A stretch of DNA of 63,772 nucleotides, the filler included, from Chiloscyllium plagiosum (lineage: Eukaryota), in assembly GCF_004010195.1 (NCBI RefSeq). It is 4 parts of one record of this genome, joined end to end, with 100 filler letters (N's around TTAATTAATTAA, not from the genome) between each part and the next. Parts side by side here need not be neighbours in the genome. Positions count along the whole stretch, not along the records: positions 58,357 to 63,772 come from NC_057710.1; 3 more parts are not named here. One strand, written 5' to 3'. This document shows, one piece after another, positions 60,080 to 63,772 of this stretch. Every line of letters begins with the position of its first letter. The first letter of the stretch is position 1. Both the position numbers and the translations under genes were made by a program. Below the pieces are notes generated by a model. The model had not been told where the DNA came from, searched no databases, and saw only the letters and a list, made by a program, of their open reading frames with translations.

Positions 60080-60475
60080 GCTTTGCATATACCCCATTTA
60101 CATCCATCAGACTTCTCAAAGAAACCTACAGCCACAGAAGTAGTTTAGAAGGTGCAGCCACTGTTGCAAGAAAGGGAACATGGTAGCTGAACTGTAGATA
60201 GCAAGCACCTAAAAATGAAGTGTGATAATGACCAGAAAATCTATTTATGTGATGCTGCTGAGAGTTGGACATGACACTGAGATACCTCCCCCTCTTTTTC
60301 TTCTTCAAAATAGTGTCACAGAGTGTATTATAGTCACTTAAGAGGATAGTCATCTCAGCCAAAAGACAGCCCCTCTAATAGTTCAGCTTACTCCCAGTTC
60401 AAAGCTTTGGGTTTGAGTAAGATTTGAATCCACAATCTTCTCCTATAGAAATAAGTGTGCTACCAACTAAGCCAA
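60080..60475 (-). mobile_element. Deu-domain SINE (SacSINE1/AmnSINE-like), decayed
   Basis: Minus-strand tRNA head TGGCTTAGTTGGTAGCACAC...GTGGATTCAAATC, with Deu-like GCTGTCTTTTGGCTGAGATG and GACACTATTTTGAAGAAGA. Confidence 0.6.
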
Positions 60476-61534
60476 TGGCAAGCATTACAAGACTATGTTA
60501 GAATCTAAAAGATTAGCAAATTGGATCATGATCTCATGCAGAAAATCCATATGTTTAATTAAGCCACCATGCAGTAAGATCATAACAAGTTGATACAACA
60601 AGCCTGATTTGGAGAGTGCTGATGAGCTGTTGGTGCAATATTGAGACAACTTGTGTTTCACAGGAATCAAGCAAGACTAGCTACCTTTGGCCAAGGCTTT
60701 AAAAGAAAGGCAGTTGATGATGTTCTGAAGAAGGTGTTCTGAACAACATGTGCTGAGAAAGGGTAACTGTACTTGCAACATGAACTCTGCTTTCTCTCCA
60801 CAGATGCTGCCAGAGCTGCTCAGTTCTTCCAACAATTCCTGTTTTTGTTGCAATTGATGGGGTCTTGCAATGGCTAACAGCAGAATTTCCTAATTATTGA
60901 GCTTAATTCCTTATTATTAAGTTTGTTTTTAGCATTCAAAGGCTATTGTTTCCATGTGGATCACTGTTACACCAATATGCAAATGGTGAAAATTGACTGA
61001 CAGAGTTTAATGGGTTTTGAGAGTTAAATATCACCCTAACCTCATTTCTAGAGCAGTCAGCAAGTTCCTAGCTCACACCACAACCCACTTACCCAGAATT
61101 CAAATTAGGACTTGAGAGTTACAGTTATTACAGTCCAGATCCTTTGTCCTATCTGTGTCAAATTCTGATATGAACAGCAATAAACAGGGATTTATTTCTG
61201 ACACTTGTCCCTGTTCCATGCATTGTCACTACAGCAAAGCATATTGAGGTATTTATCTCCAAAATCAGGAAGGCCTTTGGAAGCTATCGCAGAATAATTG
61301 ATTTTGCAGGACTTTGTATCAATCAAACATTTCAAAGTTCTTTCAAAGAGTTACTGCCAAAACCAGTCAGCTACAGAGCCAGTCTCCCTTTCAGCACTGA
61401 AAGATGCCCTTTGAGTTGAGAAACAAACCAAAAATAAATTTAATGACCCTATTGCTAAAGGTTTGACTTGTTTCGGAGATTGAAATGATGCACCTGTTCA
61501 CATGAGGTAGACCAGTCTGATAGAGGAACACTGT

Positions 61535-61680
61535 GGATCTTCAGAACCAGTTCTGACAAAAGTTCACTGGACCTAAAGCATTAAATCTCCTTTCTCCCAC
61601 AGATGTTGCCAATCTGCTGAGCTTTTCCAGCAATATCTGTTTTTGTTTCTGATTTCTAACATCCACAGTTCATTGATTTT
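61535..61680 (+). mobile_element. Old Penelope-like fragment (a related fragment lies at about 60720-60850)
   Basis: Shared tail CCACAGATG.TGCCA...CTGCT.AG.T.TTCCA.CAAT preceded by a decayed core. Confidence 0.5.
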
Positions 61681-62159
61681 TCTCTATGTCAGAGCTACTG
61701 GCCTGGTCAAAAGATGCCTCCTGTATCTCACAGGATCGATCGCTGGCTGTAAATTATAAGGGGAGGAATGTGGAAGAAGCTTCCTGAATAGAGTAGGGAA
61801 AGAGTGGAGAGCAGTTCAGGACTGAAGGGGCCTTAGCTTTCCTATCAAGTTAAGAGGAATATCTTTTGGAAAAGTGTTAGAATGTAGACACACAGTTTAG
61901 TGTCAGCCAGGAAGTTCTGCACAGTGCTGTAAATGATGAAGCCTTTGACAGCTTATTTTTGATCACTCACAGATCTTTACAGACACTTACTGGTTCCTTA
62001 AAATCCATAGCTTTGACCATATTTTATTTTCTGACATGATATCTGTGACTCTGTGTCTTGCGTTTTCTTAATTCTCCAGTTAATTGCCTTGGGACCTTTT
62101 ATTAATTTTAATATGCTGCATGAATCTAAATTATAATTGTTGACCCTACAATGCAGAGT

Positions 62160-62415
62160 GGAGGTGGTGGTGTATTGGCACTATCACTGGGTTAGTAATT
62201 CCGAGCCACAGATTAATGTTCGGAGACCTGGCACTGTGCGAAGTGTATAATTTGAATTCCATAAAACGATAGACCAATGGTGACATTGTTAGTTGACATA
62301 GTGAGCCATAATCTGCCGTCCTTGCTTAGCCTGTGTGTGACAAAGGAACATGGTTGACTCTTAACTGCCCTATAGGTAAGAAATGTCGGTAATGCTCACA
62401 TCCCATGAATGAATC
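62160..62415 (+). mobile_element. Decayed tRNA-derived SINE with LINE-like tail
   Basis: GGTGGTGTATTGG..CTATCACTGG..TAGTAAT head, ATGGTTGACTCTTAACTGCCCT, and tail GCTCACATCCCATGAATGAAT. Confidence 0.55.
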
Positions 62416-63491
62416 TTTTTAAAAAATGTCCAAAAGGATTTTAGATCACTGGGAACATTGATTCTCTGATTTACATTCCTAGTTGAAAACTTGGGCTTCA
62501 CGACGATACAATCTTCAGTCTTTTTGTTTCCCCCGATCCATGCATTAGAAGGTCACATTAATCATTAGGTACAGTTTAATAGAGCTTCAGTGTTCAAATG
62601 TTTATGGCAAGACTGATATGCAGTACCATAGAAACCTGTACTCATGTTGAAAAGACTGTTTAATGATTACCACTTGCTCTGATTCTTTTATTTCTAAGGA
62701 ACATCCTGATTCAGGTGGTTAATGTAATAAACTAAAGAAAATTATGAATTACTTCTTTCAGAAATTAATTTGAAATTTCAAGATTAATGTTAGCATCCCT
62801 TCATTTTCCTTACCCATTTTAATGACTTATTCGATCTATGCCAATGATATCACTAAAGCAAATGCCAGCTAAGAATTAATGATTCCAAAAATGCAAAGTG
62901 TAAAATGACATCAATGGATATAACTATTAATTCTATATTCTTCAGTACTGTGTTTGTTTCAACAATGTTTGCTAGTTTAGTTGACCCCTTGATAATGTTT
63001 ATTCAGTTACTTCAGTCTTAAATTTTCAGTCTTCTCCCTGATAAAATCACTTTCTGTGAACAACATTGCACCAACGGAAATATTATCATGCACAAGAACA
63101 TCACATGGAAGTTTTTAATTATTGCAAAATATATATGTAAACTGAGAGTGGGGGACATTGAGGGAAGTGCTTTGTGCTGAATTTGCCTGTTATTGTTCAT
63201 TTGATGCACCATTGCAATTTAGACATAAAATAATTTGTCTCCTATTCTGAATATTTTAATTGCCTATCTGCATGTAGTTGAGGCAGAATACAAGAAGAAC
63301 CATTAGGTATAGTGATGCCACACTTGCGACACTGCTGTTCTCCATTAGTTTAGTTCATTTATGGAGTGTACAGTGAATGATATTCCAGGGATCTTCATCA
63401 TTTGCCCTCTGTGTATTCAGCACAAGAAGAAACAGGAAAAAGTAGTGTAGAATTAATCACAATTGTGTTTTCGTATAAATATAAATAGCAA

Positions 63492-63772
63492 ATTAGATTA
63501 GATTCCCTAAAGTGTGGAAACAGGCTCTTCAGCCCAATAAGGTAAAAACAATGACTGCAGATGCTGGAAACCAGATTCTGGATGAAGGGCTTTTGCCCGA
63601 AACGTCGATTTCGAAGCTCCTTGGATGCTGCCTGAACTGCTGTGCTCCTTCAGCCCAACAAGTCCACACTGACCCTCCAAAGAGTAACCCACCAAGACCC
63701 ACTTCCCTTTGACTAATGCACCTAACACTATGGGCAATTTAGCATGGCCAATTCACCTGACCTGCACGTCTT
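63492..63772 (-). mobile_element. HE1-type V-SINE (runs off the window) with a nested Penelope-like insertion at 63542-63647
   Basis: 15-bp TSD CTTCAGCCCAA(T/C)AAG at 63527-63541 and 63648-63662. The insertion contains GATGAagggcttttgcccGAAAcGTCgatt. Confidence 0.88.

Noticed and set aside
9243..63772. Strand bias of HE1 SINEs (9 of 11 on the minus strand)
   Set aside because: The sample is small and contig orientations are unverified, so the bias cannot be interpreted.

Overview
Eukaryotic genomic DNA from a cartilaginous fish. HE1-type V-SINEs and HER1/CR1 LINEs point to an elasmobranch, probably a shark; the species cannot be fixed from sequence alone. The window is a draft, clone-like assembly: it starts at a GGATCC site and consists of four contigs joined by three artificial 100-bp spacers (44 N + TTAATTAATTAA + 44 N), so order and orientation across the gaps are not guaranteed. 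The only host gene I can support is four consecutive minus-strand exons of a chondroitin sulfate proteoglycan 4 (NG2) family gene, most like the CSPG4B paralogue. These are the equivalents of exons 2-5: 54943-55106, 51309-54854, 43852-44325 and 43410-43586. Exon 1 and exons 6 onward were not found. The rest is mostly nested transposable elements: a GC-rich Tx1/L1-clade ORF2, a Rex1/Babar fragment, a decayed Gypsy RNaseH-integrase, many CR1 copies (one near full length with an esterase ORF1), 11 HE1 SINEs, Deu-type SINEs, a probable solo LTR, a MER44/Tigger7-like MITE and a Harbinger-type Myb/SANT remnant. The most notable unannotated signal is a set of more than a dozen short Penelope-like insertions carrying minimal hammerhead-ribozyme cores (CUGAnGA-stem-GAAA-palindromic stem III). 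Several are back-to-back palindromes with 13-16 bp target duplications, and two well-preserved cores are in sense orientation relative to cspg4b. A composite VNTR-containing retroposon with a Rex1-like tail is also present. TE family names and paralogue assignment come from recalled consensus sequences, not from database searches.
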